Under the pieces are notes generated by a model. The model searched no databases and was not told where the DNA came from. It was given only the letters and a program-made list of their open reading frames with translations. From Podarcis muralis (lineage: Eukaryota), in contig NC_135659.1 of NCBI RefSeq assembly GCF_964188315.1, positions 47,678,001 through 47,742,000 of the forward strand: a stretch of DNA of 64,000 bases, read 5' to 3'. The stretch's first letter is position 1; every line of letters begins with the position of its first letter. This document shows positions 25,052 through 37,100 of this stretch, one piece after another. Position numbers and translations under genes: made by a program.

Positions 25052-27621
25052 ATCTGTTGGAAAACATCTCCTGTGATTAGCATTGTAAAACTTCTGAAAT
25101 GTCTCTTTCTATGGGAGTACCAATGGTAATAAAGCCAAAGAACCTACCTATTTCATCAAGAGTTTGAAGCAACCTTTGTGATCACTCTATGCTGAATACA
25201 TGGTCTGAATTGAACATGCTTGCTTTTGTAATGTTCTAGCTGCAAAAAGGGAGAGTGTTGCTCTAATAGACATAGCCCCAAATGCAAATTTTGAAATGGT
25301 GTTGCTGTTTAATGCAGTGCGGAGGCAGGTGTTGCTATGTGAAACTCAGAGCAGAAAGGAAATAGCATTTGCAAATGTTACATAAACAGAAAATCAGTCA
25401 GATGCTTGGCCGGAGAAGCAGGGGTGTTTTGAAGGTGAAATTGCTGCTAATCAGGGGAGATGGATTAAGGAGCAAAGAAGAGTGGAAGACAGACAATTAT
25501 TGAATATGTGACATCAAAGTGTGGAAGGATTATTGAGTATGTGACCTAAGAAAAACCTCTCAGCACAGATGGAGGTGGATTTGAAAATATAAAATAAATA
25601 ACAGGCATTTTCTGAGAAGTGTAATGGGATTTTATAGATGGCTCTTGTTGAGTAAAATTCCTGATGCTCCATCTCACACTGACAGCTTCCCTTTCAGGGA
25701 ATAGTAGTGTATTAAAGCAAATATTGCTACCATTCCTTTTTGTGGGGTGGGGGGTAGGTTGTATCAGATTGCACATGTATCCCTTCCTTCAAGGACTGAA
25801 AGCAGCTAGTGGATCACTATTACAATTCATTGACTAATTCCTTATTCTGCTCCAACATGGGATGGATTAACATGACAACATATTTGGGATTGAAATGGCC
25901 ACAACTTGAAACTATGAAAAAATAGTGAAAAAATGTGGTCACATGAGTCCACTGTTGGTTCCGAATCCCCACCTTGGTATACAAAAAATAGTCTTAGCTG
26001 GAAGGTAGCTTTACATATTTATTCTATGAAACATTGCAAGGTGGCTCTGCCATTTGCAGTAGGATGCTTTATCTGATTAAAAAAAAGAGAGGAAAGGTCT
26101 TATTTTCAGGAGACACATTACATTCTATTGGAAAAAAACTAATCCACTAACTTGCATTCAAGTGGTCTGCAGTTTGCAGCCAATCCATATCTCACAACCT
26201 TAGCCCATTTCAAATGATAGCATTGCTTAAATTACCTCCCACTTTTGCACCACTTCTGTGATTCCTGTTCATCACCAAATAACTCATATGCAAGAATAAC
26301 ACTCTGGTCTCATGAATGCACAGACCCTGCTGGTGCCTGACATAAATTTCCCTTTTGTCAGGGCAGCAAATTGTGTCCATTTTCAGGCTCTGCTTCCACT
26401 CTTGAAATGATGCTATTAGCATAGTCATCAATGTGAAACTGTGCAGTGGACGAATAAAATATAATAATAGACTTGGCAGGGGTTTTGTGTCTAAATTGCA
26501 CACTTGAGCTCTCTATACTATGAGTCTACAAGTGGTATCATCTCATCTAACATTTGGATGGTTGGAAGCAATTGTTTTCTGCTCAGTATACCTCCTTCCC
26601 CTCCCCCATTTCCACTCCAAATAATTCCATATCTCTCAACAGTAAAGATCTTGTGGCCATTTTGAATATGAATAAATGAAGCAGACTAGGTTTGCATTTT
26701 GCCCTAGATAACCATTAAATAGATGGTGTCTCCTTTTTTTTTTCTGAGGGCCTTAACCACACATGACACTGTTGATGTGACTGGCAATTATGTTTTAAAA
26801 TTAAATACCAGATGTGGGAGAGAGCCATTGTTACCAAGTCTGCAGTGTATTTAGTTGTGTATCTGCAGGCAATCAAACATTTGGATGGTAATGAAGGTGG
26901 AGGTTGCAGGTGCCTTCCCCAGCCCATGACTGGCAACCCTTTACATTTCTCCACATGTTCTTGGCAGCCATGATGCCAGATTCCCTGCAAAGCAAGTAGT
27001 ACTGGGGGCTGGAAGCTAGTGGTGGCATTTCCCCCACCCTCCAGAGGGATCAGTGCTCCTGAGTGCTGCAGGGCAGCTTGGAGTGCTCTGCCAGCCTCTG
27101 TTAGGTGTGTTTGTGGCTGCTGGTGGTCCTCCACATATGAGATGGGGGTATTATTGGGGCTTTTACCCCTCCCAAACTGACTTTGTGTCTGCTTCTCCCT
27201 GTGGGTCAATGTTGCTACTGCTCCTTATTTTCCAGGGTGCAGCTTCTACTGTGTTCACATTGGTTTTGACTCAGACAGCTGAGCCCCTAGCTGAGTTGGG
27301 ATGGGGGGCCTATGATGGTGAGCTAGGTTTGAGGCTGCTGTGTGGCCCAGAACCAGCTGGCTGAGCCAGAGATCTGCTTACGATTGTGCCCTAAGTTAGT
27401 TGTGTTGAATTTCCACTGAAATCAGTGGGCCAAGTTGTGTCTTGAGTAGTTTACCCCATTGCTTTTAATGGCATCTAAGTCTGGATCCAACCCATAGTGC
27501 ACCTCCTTTCCTTTCCTATCCTTTCAAGATAAACAAATATGACAACAATAAGCAAGAGTTCAACAATTGTTCATGCAAATCGTGTTTCTCACTTGACTGT
27601 CTACTAATCACACAATGTATA

Positions 27622-30553
27622 ATAATAATAATAATAATAATTTATTATTTATACCCCGCCCATCTGGCTGAGTTTCCCCAGCCACTCTGGGCGGCTCCCA
27701 ATCAGTGTTAAAAACAGTACAGCATTACATATTAAAAACTTCCCTGAACAGGGCTGCCTTAAGATGTCTTCTGAATATCAGGTAATTATTTATCTCTTTG
27801 ACATCTAATGGGAGGGCGTTCCACAGGGCGGGCGCCACTACCGAGAAGGCCCTCTGTCTGGTTCCCTGTAGCCTCACTTCTCGCAATGAGGGAACCGCCA
27901 GAAGGCCCTCGGCGCTGGATCTCAGTGTCCGGGCTGAATGATGGGGGTGGAGACGCTCCTTCAGGTATACAGGACCGAGGCCGTTTAGGGCTTTAAAGGT
28001 CAGCACCAACACTTTGAATCGTGCTCGGAAACGTACTGGGAGCCAATGCAGGTCTCTCAGAACCGGTGTTATATGGTCCCGGCGGCCACTCCCAGTCACC
28101 AGTCTAGCTGCCGCATTCTGGATTAATTGCAGTTTCCGGGTCACCTTCAAAGGTAGCCCCACGTAGAGCGCGTTGCAGTAGTCCAAGCGTGAGATAACTA
28201 GAGCATGCACCACTCTGGCGAGACAGTTCGCGGGCAGGTAGGGTCTTAGCCTGCGTACCAGGTGGAGCTGGTAGACAGCTGCCCTGGACACAGAGTTAAC
28301 CTGCGCCTCCATGGACAGCTGTGAGTCCAAAATGACTCCCAGGCTACGCACCTGGTCCTTTAGGGGCACAGTTACCCCATTCAAGACCAGGGAATCCCCC
28401 ACACCAACCCGCTCCCTGTCCCCCAAAAACAGTACTTCTGTCTTGTCAGGATTCAACCTCAGTCTGTTAGCCGCCATCCATCCTCCAACCGCCTCCAGGC
28501 ACTCACACAGGACCTTCACCGCCCTCACTGGTTCTGATTTAAAGGAGAGGTAGAGCTGGGTGTCATCTGCGTACTGATGAACACCCAGTCCAAACCCCCT
28601 GATGATCTCTCCCAGCGGCTTCATATAGATATTAAAAAGCATGGGGGAGAGGACAGAACCCTGAGGCACCCCACAAGTGAGAGCCCAGGGGTCTGAGCAC
28701 TCATCCCCCACCACCACTTTCTGGACACGACCCAGGAGGAAGGAGCGGAACCACTGTATGACAGTGCCCCCAGCTCCCAGCCCCTCTAGACGGTCCAGAA
28801 GGATGTTATGGTCGATGGTGTCAAAGGCCGCTGAGAGATCCAGCAGAACTAGGAAACAGCTCTCACCTTTGTCCCTAGCCCGCCGGAGATCATCAACCAG
28901 CGCGACCAAGGCAGTTTCAGTCCCATGGTGAGACCTGAATCCCGATTGGAAGGGATCCAAATGGTCCGTTTCCTCCAGGCGTGCTTGGAGTTGTTCAGCA
29001 ACCACCCGCTCAATCACCTTGCCCAAGAATGGTAGATTTGAGACTGGGCGATAGTTGGCCAAATTGGCCGGGTCTAAAGATGTTTTTTTAAGAAGCGGTT
29101 TAATGACCGCCTCTTTCAGCGGGTCTGGGAAGGCTCCCTCACAGAGGGAAGCATTCACCACCCCGCAGAGCCCATCGCCCAGCCCTTCCCGGCTCGCTTT
29201 TATCAGCCAGGATGGGCAAGGATCAAGGAGACAGGTGGTCGGTTTCACTTTTCCAAGCAGCCTGTCCACATCCTCGGAGGTAACAGACTGGAATTGATCC
29301 CATGTAACAGGACCAGACAGAACTCTAGCACTCTCCCGCCCTGGCCCTGCTCCCACGGTGGAGTCTACCTCCTTCTGAATCTGAGCGATTTTATCTGCAA
29401 AAAACTTTGCAAAAGCATTGCAGGAGATCTTGGGGTCCCTACCAGGCCCCGGTGGTACAGGTGGTTCCGATAGATTGCGAACCACCTGAAAAAGTCTCCT
29501 GCTGCTGTTTTCTGCAGATGCTATGGAGGCAGCGAAGAAGGCCCTCTTCGCCGTCGCCATTGCCACTTGGTAGGCTCGACGTTGAGCTCTAGCCCGTGTC
29601 CGGTCTGATTCAGAATGAGTTTTCCGCCACCGGCGCTCTAGCCGTCTCAACGATTGTTTCATCACCCTCAGCTCCGGGGAAAACCACGGGGCTGTCCGGG
29701 CTCCATGCAATCGGAGAGGGCGCTTCGGAGCCAGACAGTCAATAGCCCTGGTTAACTCCGCATTCCAGCGTGCCACCAGGGAATCAGCTGAAAGGCCATC
29801 AACTTGGGATAAAGCATCCCCTACCACTCTCTGGAAGCCAATTGGATCCATTAAGTGGCGGGGGCGGACCATCTGAATTGGTCCCACCTCCCTGCAGAGG
29901 GGAAGGGTTGCGGAGAAGTCCAGTTGCACCAGGAAGTGATCTGACCATGGCACTTCTTTTGTTTCGCTTTTAGTTAGTGTCAGATCACCAGCATCCATAG
30001 AGGTGAACACCAAGTCTAAGGCATGTCCATGGCTATGAGTTGGGCCAAACTTATTCAGGGACAGCCCCATGGAGGCCATGCTTTCCACGAAGTCCCGAGC
30101 GGCCCCTTGTAAGGTCGTGTCGGCATGGATGTTAAAATCCCCCAGGACAACCAAGCTAGGTGTCTCCAGGAGCATATCCGCCACGACCTGAAGCAGCTCG
30201 GGCAGGGAATCCTTGGTGCAGCGGGGAGGTCGGTACACCAGTAGGAATCCTGTACTGCCCCTATTGCCCAACTTCCAGAACATGCACTCAGAGAACTGGG
30301 TCTTCCCAATAGGACGCCTGGTGCAGACTAATGACTTCCTAAAAATCACTGCAACCCCCCCTCCCCGCCCACATGACCTGGGTTGCTGTGCGTAAGAGAA
30401 ACCTGGTGGGCAAGCAGCGGCAAGGACAGGCCCATCTGCTTCATCCAACCAGGTCTCTGTCACACATGCCAGGTCAAATCCTCCATCCACAATCAGGTCG
30501 TGGATGGCAGTGGTTTTATTCATCATTGACCTGGCATTGCACAGCAACACAGT
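27622..30553 (-). mobile_element. L2-clade non-LTR retrotransposon, 5'-truncated at the start of the endonuclease domain, young copy
   Basis: 7-bp target-site duplication ATGTATA at 27615-27621 and 30554-30560. (TTA)n tail, 3' stem-loop at 27656-27694, uninterrupted APE+RT reading frame. Confidence 0.93.
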
Positions 30554-30598
30554 ATGTATACAAAATAGGTTCATGAAAAAGTAACTATCAAAGCACAT
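27725..30598 (-). CDS. LINE ORF2-type protein, 957 aa: apurinic-like endonuclease plus reverse transcriptase
   Basis: APE motifs NARS, VTETW, VYRPP, GDFN, DLVF, SDH. RT motifs NYRPVSNL, QSGFR, LDLSAAFD, GVPQGSVLSP, YADD (28562-28573), NPDKTE. L2-type C-terminus LHWLPV...RAFSVVAPALWNALP. No stops or frameshifts. The first 15 codons lie outside the TSD-defined element. Confidence 0.92.
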   Translation of the reverse strand: MCFDSYFFMNLFCIHTVLLCNARSMMNKTTAIHDLIVDGGFDLACVTETWLDEADGPVLAAACPPGFSYAQQPRSCGRGGGVAVIFRKSLVCTRRPIGKTQFSECMFWKLGNRGSTGFLLVYRPPRCTKDSLPELLQVVADMLLETPSLVVLGDFNIHADTTLQGAARDFVESMASMGLSLNKFGPTHSHGHALDLVFTSMDAGDLTLTKSETKEVPWSDHFLVQLDFSATLPLCREVGPIQMVRPRHLMDPIGFQRVVGDALSQVDGLSADSLVARWNAELTRAIDCLAPKRPLRLHGARTAPWFSPELRVMKQSLRRLERRWRKTHSESDRTRARAQRRAYQVAMATAKRAFFAASIASAENSSRRLFQVVRNLSEPPVPPGPGRDPKISCNAFAKFFADKIAQIQKEVDSTVGAGPGRESARVLSGPVTWDQFQSVTSEDVDRLLGKVKPTTCLLDPCPSWLIKASREGLGDGLCGVVNASLCEGAFPDPLKEAVIKPLLKKTSLDPANLANYRPVSNLPFLGKVIERVVAEQLQARLEETDHLDPFQSGFRSHHGTETALVALVDDLRRARDKGESCFLVLLDLSAAFDTIDHNILLDRLEGLGAGGTVIQWFRSFLLGRVQKVVVGDECSDPWALTCGVPQGSVLSPMLFNIYMKPLGEIIRGFGLGVHQYADDTQLYLSFKSEPVRAVKVLCECLEAVGGWMAANRLRLNPDKTEVLFLGDRERVGVGDSLVLNGVTVPLKDQVRSLGVILDSQLSMEAQVNSVSRAAVYQLHLVRRLRPYLPANCLARVVHALVISRLDYCNALYVGLPLKVTRKLQLIQNAAARLVTGSGRRDHITPVLRDLHWLPVRFRARFKVLVLTFKALNGLGPVYLKERLHPHHSARTLRSSAEGLLAVPSLREVRLQGTRQRAFSVVAPALWNALPLDVKEINNYLIFRRHLKAALFREVFNM

Positions 30599-30613
30599 AT
30601 AAATTTATACTTA

Positions 30614-30964
30614 TAAAGGTAAAGGACCCCAGTCAAAGGCGACTATGGGGTTGTGGCGTTCATCTCGCTTTTCAGGCTGAGGGAGCTGGTGTTTGTCCAC
30701 AGACAGCTTTCCAGGTCGTGTGGCCAGCATGACTAAACCATTTCTCGTGCAACGGGACATAGTGATGAGTTCCAGAATGCATGGAAATCACTGTTTACCT
30801 TCCCACCATAGTGGTAATTATTTATCTACTCACACTGGTATGCTTTCGAACTGCTAGGTTGACAGAAGCTGGGACAGAGCAACAGGAGCTCACCCTGTCG
30901 TGCAGATTCAAACTGCTGACGTTCTAATTTGCAAGCCCAAGTGGCTCAGCGCCACCCACATCCC
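30614..30964 (-). mobile_element. Sauria SINE (subfamily A-like)
   Basis: Reverse complement of head and core. TSD TATACTTA at 30606-30613 and 30977-30984. Confidence 0.88.
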
Positions 30965-31747
30965 TTACCTTTTACCTATACTTAAAGAATCCCCCCCCCC
31001 TAAGGTAGAAGTCTTTCAGGTTCCTCTGGGTTGGAATTAAACAATGAAAGAAAAGGCATCCAATTTTCTTGAAATGTGTCATGCTTAATGTCTTCCCTAG
31101 CTAGACTGCATTGGTACATAAACTTGTCATCTAGTGCCAGCTGCCAGAACCTTTAGGAGAAATCCTCATCACCTTTCCAATATCATGCTATTTCCACGTG
31201 GGCAGCTATAACAAAGTAAGCGGTTAATTCCTTGTGGGGTAAGGATTTATTTTGACCACAGAGCAAATAAAGCAGAGCAAAATCTAAATCCATATTCTTG
31301 GTGCACTGCATTCTGTACAACTATGAAACTAGTTTGCCAAAATTCTCTCACACTAGATATATAATAACAACCCTCATTCCTGGCATTTTAAATGTGGCTA
31401 ACACAAAAAAGAGTAATACACAAGTGGATGAAAGCATGACAACAGAAGGTTGTAGCTGTAGAGGGGCTGTATATGAAAGGGGAATGGCTACAAGGCAGTT
31501 AATATATGTAACATTTTTTTCTAATACACCTTGTCTCTAGATGTATCCTGTTCTCACAGTATGTTCCCCTGCATGCAGACAGCCCTTATGAGCCATCCTT
31601 TGAAGACATTCATAGGGGAAAATGTAACTTTGAAGTGGACTGTGCACCTACCTACATAGCTATGTTATATATTGTTACAATGTTGTTATTGTGTTCTTGG
31701 GGGGGGGGGCGGGTTAGGCTGTAGGCCAAGACCCTTCTTTGCAAGTA

Positions 31748-31968
31748 CAGTAGTACCTCAGGTTACAGATGCTTCAGGTTACAGACTCCACTAACCCAGA
31801 AATAATACCTCAGGTTAAGAACTTTGCTTCAGGATGTGAACATAAATCATGTGGTGGTGGCGGCGCAGCAGCAGCAGCAGGAAGCCCCATTAGCTAAAGT
31901 GTTACCTCAGGTTAAGAACAGTTTCAGGTTAAGAGAAGGCCTCCAGTTCTTAACCCGAGGTACCACTG
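31748..31968. mobile_element. Tc1/mariner-type MITE, family A
   Basis: TIRs cagtagtacctcagg and ccgaggtaccactg, TA TSD. Confidence 0.9.
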
Positions 31969-33505
31969 TAGTGATTTTTTGTTTTAGAAATGTGAGATAA
32001 GTTTCTTTTTAGACTAATGCTTCAATTGTAGAACAGGAATTCAACAACTTGGAACTGCCAATGAAAGACTTATATTTCATCTACATATATGGCGGATATA
32101 TCATCCTGTTAAAAAGTATTGAGGTAGAATTATGGAATATGATCCTGTATTGTTTTTATTGACATATGGCAACCCTACTTAAACCAAGTCAGCGGCAGTC
32201 TCAGACATGGGCGGTCTTATCCAATTCTGTTGAGTTCCTTTCTAGGTACCACAAAACTAAACACAAACAAGCCAACCCACCACAGGGTAACAGAGTGGCA
32301 CCAATCTGTTGTACACCATTTCATTTCTGGCATATACAGGAGCCCCACTGCACATTTTTAGTATCACTATAGCTTGGTAGGAGTGCCATGTCCTTCCCTG
32401 ATCCTGATCTTGAGCAGAAGCCCACAGGGCATCGGGGAACAAGACAGGCTGAAATTGCAGTAACACAGAGAGCTGTGTTAGAGCGAGTGAGTGTGACCGA
32501 AGTGATGCCTTTTATCCCTACGGGGTCAGATCTTAACCTGCTTTGGACAAATTAATTTCTGATACACTGTCTCCAGTGTATCCAAAAAACATACCTTTGT
32601 GGCAAAAGGCAATCTAATGGAAGCTTAGTGTAACAATTAGAAATTGTTTTCCGTCCCCCCCTCCAATTCTTGTACTTCCCTTGCCGAGAGAAAAATACTT
32701 GGATTAATATATTTCTGGGGCAAGGTCTGAATGCAAAGAATCATAAAATGTATTATTATATCAGCCACAGTGTATCAGGAATTGTATTATAGCATAAGAA
32801 GTATGGTGAGTAAGGAAATAGATACTATAACATAAAAACACCGGTAGGGTATAAACTGGAGCTGCGCACCAGATTCATCCAAGCTCCAAGTCATATCGGG
32901 CATATTTAGAGGGGCTCAGGAGTTGGACAAGTCAGGTACAGACATCCATGGTTTGCTACAGGTTGGGTTGGATGGCCCAGAGCTATCCATGGCTGTCAGC
33001 AGGTGGGGCATCAGACAGAAAGGAGAGGCAGGTATTGGGCAGGAAGCCCCAGCACAAGGGGTTAAAGCTACCCTGACTACCAGCTGCATCTTCCCTGGAG
33101 AAGGTAGGAACTGCCTGACTCTAACTCTCCTTCCTGCTCTAGAACAGCACCATGCAGAATGTCAACAGAGGCATCAGTCCTGACAGGTGCACAGTGGCTT
33201 CCCATTCAGCAAAATTGACCTTCCTCTCTACTCTTGGTTGGGAGCCAGAGGAAAGGAGATGCAACATCTATTTCCCCCTTCCCTTCCCAGGCTATATGTT
33301 TAATTAGGAGTTTTTGTAATTTAAACAATTTTATTAAACATTAGCCATACCGCCAGACTAATTCAGGACGGGATCCACGGTGGGGCAGGTTGTCCACAGG
33401 TTGCGTCAACCTGTTAGGGGCCCCCGGATCAGGGCCACAAGGCAGATAACAGCTTGCACAATTCAAAAAGTTCATCTGGATCTCTGGCCACTTTCTCATA
33501 TAGTA

Positions 33506-33856
33506 AAGGTACCCCTGCCCGTAAGGGCCAGTCTTGACAGACTCTAGGGTTGTGCGCCCATCTCACTCAAGAGGCCGGGGGCCAGCGCTGTCCGCAGACA
33601 CTTCCGGGTCACGTGGCCAGCGTGACATCGCTGCTCTGGCGAGCCAGAGCCGCACACGGAAACGCCGTTTACCTTCCCGCCAGTAAGCGGTCCCTATTTA
33701 TCTACTTGCACCCGGGAGTGCTTTCGAACTGCTAGGTTGGCAGGCGCTGGGACCGAGCAATGGGAGCGCACCCCACCGCGGGGATTCGAACCGCCGACCT
33801 TTCGATCAGCAAGCCCTAGGCGCTGAGGCTTTTACCCACAGCACCACCCGCGTCCC
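33506..33856 (-). mobile_element. Sauria SINE (subfamily B), full length
   Basis: About 90% identical by eye to 19780-20136. 12-bp TSD TCTCATATAGTA at 33494-33505 and 33857-33868. Confidence 0.95.
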
Positions 33857-33993
33857 TCTCATATAGTACGGGTGCCATATTTCAAACAGTGAAAAGTTGT
33901 TGAGCTTATTTGACAAAATCATCAAAAAAGTAGTTCCCAGGACATTTCTGCCCGTACAGTGCTTCTGACTGCAGTGTTCTGGATATGTCCGGG

Positions 33994-34171
33994 CAGTGCT
34001 TTTTTCCCCCCTAAAATTTTTTTTTAGGGGTACTCTCATTTTGACTCAAGAAAATCAACATTTTATCATTCAAATCGGGAAAAATAAATACAGTAAATGG
34101 ACAAAAGTACAAAGATTCACAAAATGTTTAGGGGTATGCGTACCTCTATGTCCCCCCAGAAAAAAGCACTA
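33994..34171. mobile_element. hAT-type MITE (CAGTGCTTTTTT family)
   Basis: TIRs cagtgctttttt and aaaaaagcacta. TSD TGTCCGGG/TGTCTGGG (7/8). Confidence 0.88.
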
Positions 34172-37100
34172 TGTCTGGGAAATTCTAGGCATGTGGCTCT
34201 TCCACTAGATCAGAAACAAGCCTTCCATAAGTGGAAAACATATTCTGCTAATGGAGCCAAGCTACATTGCTCACATAGCTGGAATGTATAGGTGGCAAGG
34301 GGTCCTTTACTTTCCTCTCTCCCCACCCCACCACCCCACTGATTCTTTCCTACAAATCTCAAACTCTGCTATGTTAAGGTTTTCCTGCTAGCTGGATTCT
34401 GAACCAAAAGGTAGCCCAACTGGGGAGAAATACATCACCCTTTGCACCTGCCAGCCCCCCTTCAGAAATGTCACCTTATCTCTGTGTTCCCTATTGCCTC
34501 AGCAAATGTGGGGCTGGGACCATATTACCAAGATAATGCCTGGCTTGGCTTTCAGACAGTGAAGAATTTGATCTTCTGCGTCTTGAAATCGCTTCTATAC
34601 ACCAATCCCAGATGGTCACCATGCTTTCTAACAAATGGGTTCTCTGCTATTGCAGTGGTTTTAAATCATAAAGCAGAAATGGTCTTTTTATGTTGTTTAC
34701 ATCCCTTTGATAAGAACTCTATTGATCTGTCTGCAGTTGAGCTGGAGTTCAGCATTTACCAAATATTGTTAAGGGCACCAAGCTTTCATTGCAAGTGGTA
34801 GGCATATTCTATCAAGAGTTGATAGGAAAACTAAAGTCAAAAACCAAGCCACATCGCCTCCTCTTGGAAGGCCCCCCCCCTCCAATTCTAATTATCTAAT
34901 TCAGGAAGCACAGGTAAAAACTGATATAACAACAGGGTTACCACTTGATGACAGTTTGTTTTTTAAAGTCAAATATCACGAGACCTTTTAAAGAAATAGT
35001 TTTAATTTTTAGGATGTAATTGAGAGTGGCTATCCTTACATCCTGGACAGTGAGAAGCCCCTCTTAATATTGGTGCTTTGTGTGTCCATTTTACCCTGGT
35101 ACTTTGAAGAGATTAAGTAGAATGTGGTATTATATTGCGTGCAACTGCTGGATATCCCTTCCATCACTCCTCTCCCATGGCGGCCCCCAAATGTTTCCAA
35201 GAGATCAATCCACCTCATGTTGTTTGTGGAGAGTTATAAGCAGAGAATATGTACATAATGTGCCAGTTAGAATGAATACATTTATAGTACAATCCCATGC
35301 AGGTTTGCTCGGAAGAATGTCATATCATGGTCAAGGGAGCTTATTGCCTCCTAGTAAGTGTGTTTAGCTTTGCAGTATTAGACTGCACAGTGGGACTGAC
35401 CTTTTGGTAAGCACACATGGGGTTGCATGGTTGGGCTGCAGCTTCTAAATAAACTTGCATGGAATTTCACTGCATGTTAATCAAAAAGGTATCCACAGGA
35501 TGGGCCGTCAGAAGCTGTAGCAAGTCAGATGCATCTGTACTAGGCCCTATATTTCCAAAGGTCCAGTCCCAAAAACCTCCTAATAAGGTGCCCAGATGCT
35601 ACTGACAACTGAAGGAAGAAAATATGAGGCCTAACCTTAGTCCTTATTTCCCTGTAGCAATCCTAAAACTCTTTCTGCCAGAATTTTAAAAGTATCTTGC
35701 TGGGGCACAAGGACACATGCATCTTTATTCTCCATGTTATCTCATTACACTTCCATATACAGCATGATACAAAAGCAAGTCCATATCCTTAATGGAAATG
35801 TTTGTTTTTCTGACAGTAGCTGAACAGACCAATATGAGAATGTTGATCACCCCCCCAGATATTCTGTTGGAGAAAAGGAGCCAACTGCATATTCAGCTCC
35901 AGGGACCATGGTGCGCCAAGTAGTCTTTTGGGTATCCAGACCAATTGCCAACTTCCTCATCTCTCTGCTCTTGAAGGAAAGTTAGGATTATGTGCAAAAG
36001 ATAGATAAGAGTGCTGAGAAAGAAATGGCATTTATTCTATACAAAGCTGGATCTACAGCTTCCCTAGTGAGATATAATCCTCTCAATGCTGGGGTTATTT
36101 TAATCAACCTTAAAAGGCCCCCTATAAATCTGGCTACCATTCAAATTGATTCACCAACAGAAGCAGCAAAAGTTGAGAAAATTGAATCCAGGAGATTCTT
36201 GATACCCTGCCGGAAAAGGATGTGATTCACCATTTGCTGTTTAATAATCAGCTAAGACTCAATGTGGGGTGTACATGGGGTAGAATGCTGCTCCTCTTAT
36301 TCCGTGGGCAGCGGGTGGTTAAGGCAAGCAAGACTGGGTGGAGAGGACCCAATCCATCTGTCCCCTTCCAGTGCAAAGGAGAGGGGTTGAATTGTAGCCA
36401 TAGCCGCAAAGCATTTTCTTATATTTGACTTTAAGGATGTGGGAGCGCAGCTATTTTTGATGGATGTCAGTGTGGTGTTTACACATATCAAATCATCATC
36501 ACAGTGCACAAACAAAATGCCCATATGCCGTCTTGGAGTGTTTGGAGAATGGAATCTTTGTGAAACTGCACACAAAATGGGTTACTCCACACCTTTTAGC
36601 GCAGATCGGAATTTAGCAATCCGTCAGATTTCACACTTCCCTGCATGTTGCAAAACAGTTCTTGACAGTTTAAACATATAAAATAATGTATTTGCATATG
36701 TATTTTGAGAGGATTTTTTTAAAAGAAAAATCTCAGATTGATGCAGGAAAGGAACTGCTATGGGTAAAACCAGGGGCGGGGATGCCATAGACTAGAAATA
36801 GATTTGTCCACCCCCTGCTCAACTACGGAGCAAACAGGGATAATCTGCAGTCCCTTTGGCTAACTTCCCACTTCTGATCCAATAAGGAAAACTGGCAGGG
36901 TAACAGTACCTGCTTTTTCCCAAAGTCTTGGCTATGTTCTGCAGTAGATAACTAGGAGTGAAGGAAGCCACTAGATAAACATGTCGTAAGAGTCATGGCT
37001 GAAGAGAATTGAAAAATTCAGTGGATATATTCCCCTAAGGAATATTCTGGGGCCATAAATGACTTCAACTTTTACAACATAGCTGTATGCCAGACCTTGA

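Noticed and set aside
30554-30964. Sauria SINE Pol III promoter driving the downstream intact L2 ORF (same strand, ending about 15 bp before the ATG)
   Set aside because: Minus-strand T-runs at 30576-30580 (T5) and 30562-30565 (T4) would terminate Pol III within the first codons, and Pol III transcripts are uncapped.
33940-33990. Resemblance of PEHCSQKH to the hepadnavirus core motif PEHCSPHH
   Set aside because: Only a short word matches and the surrounding residues do not align. Not supportable without a profile search.
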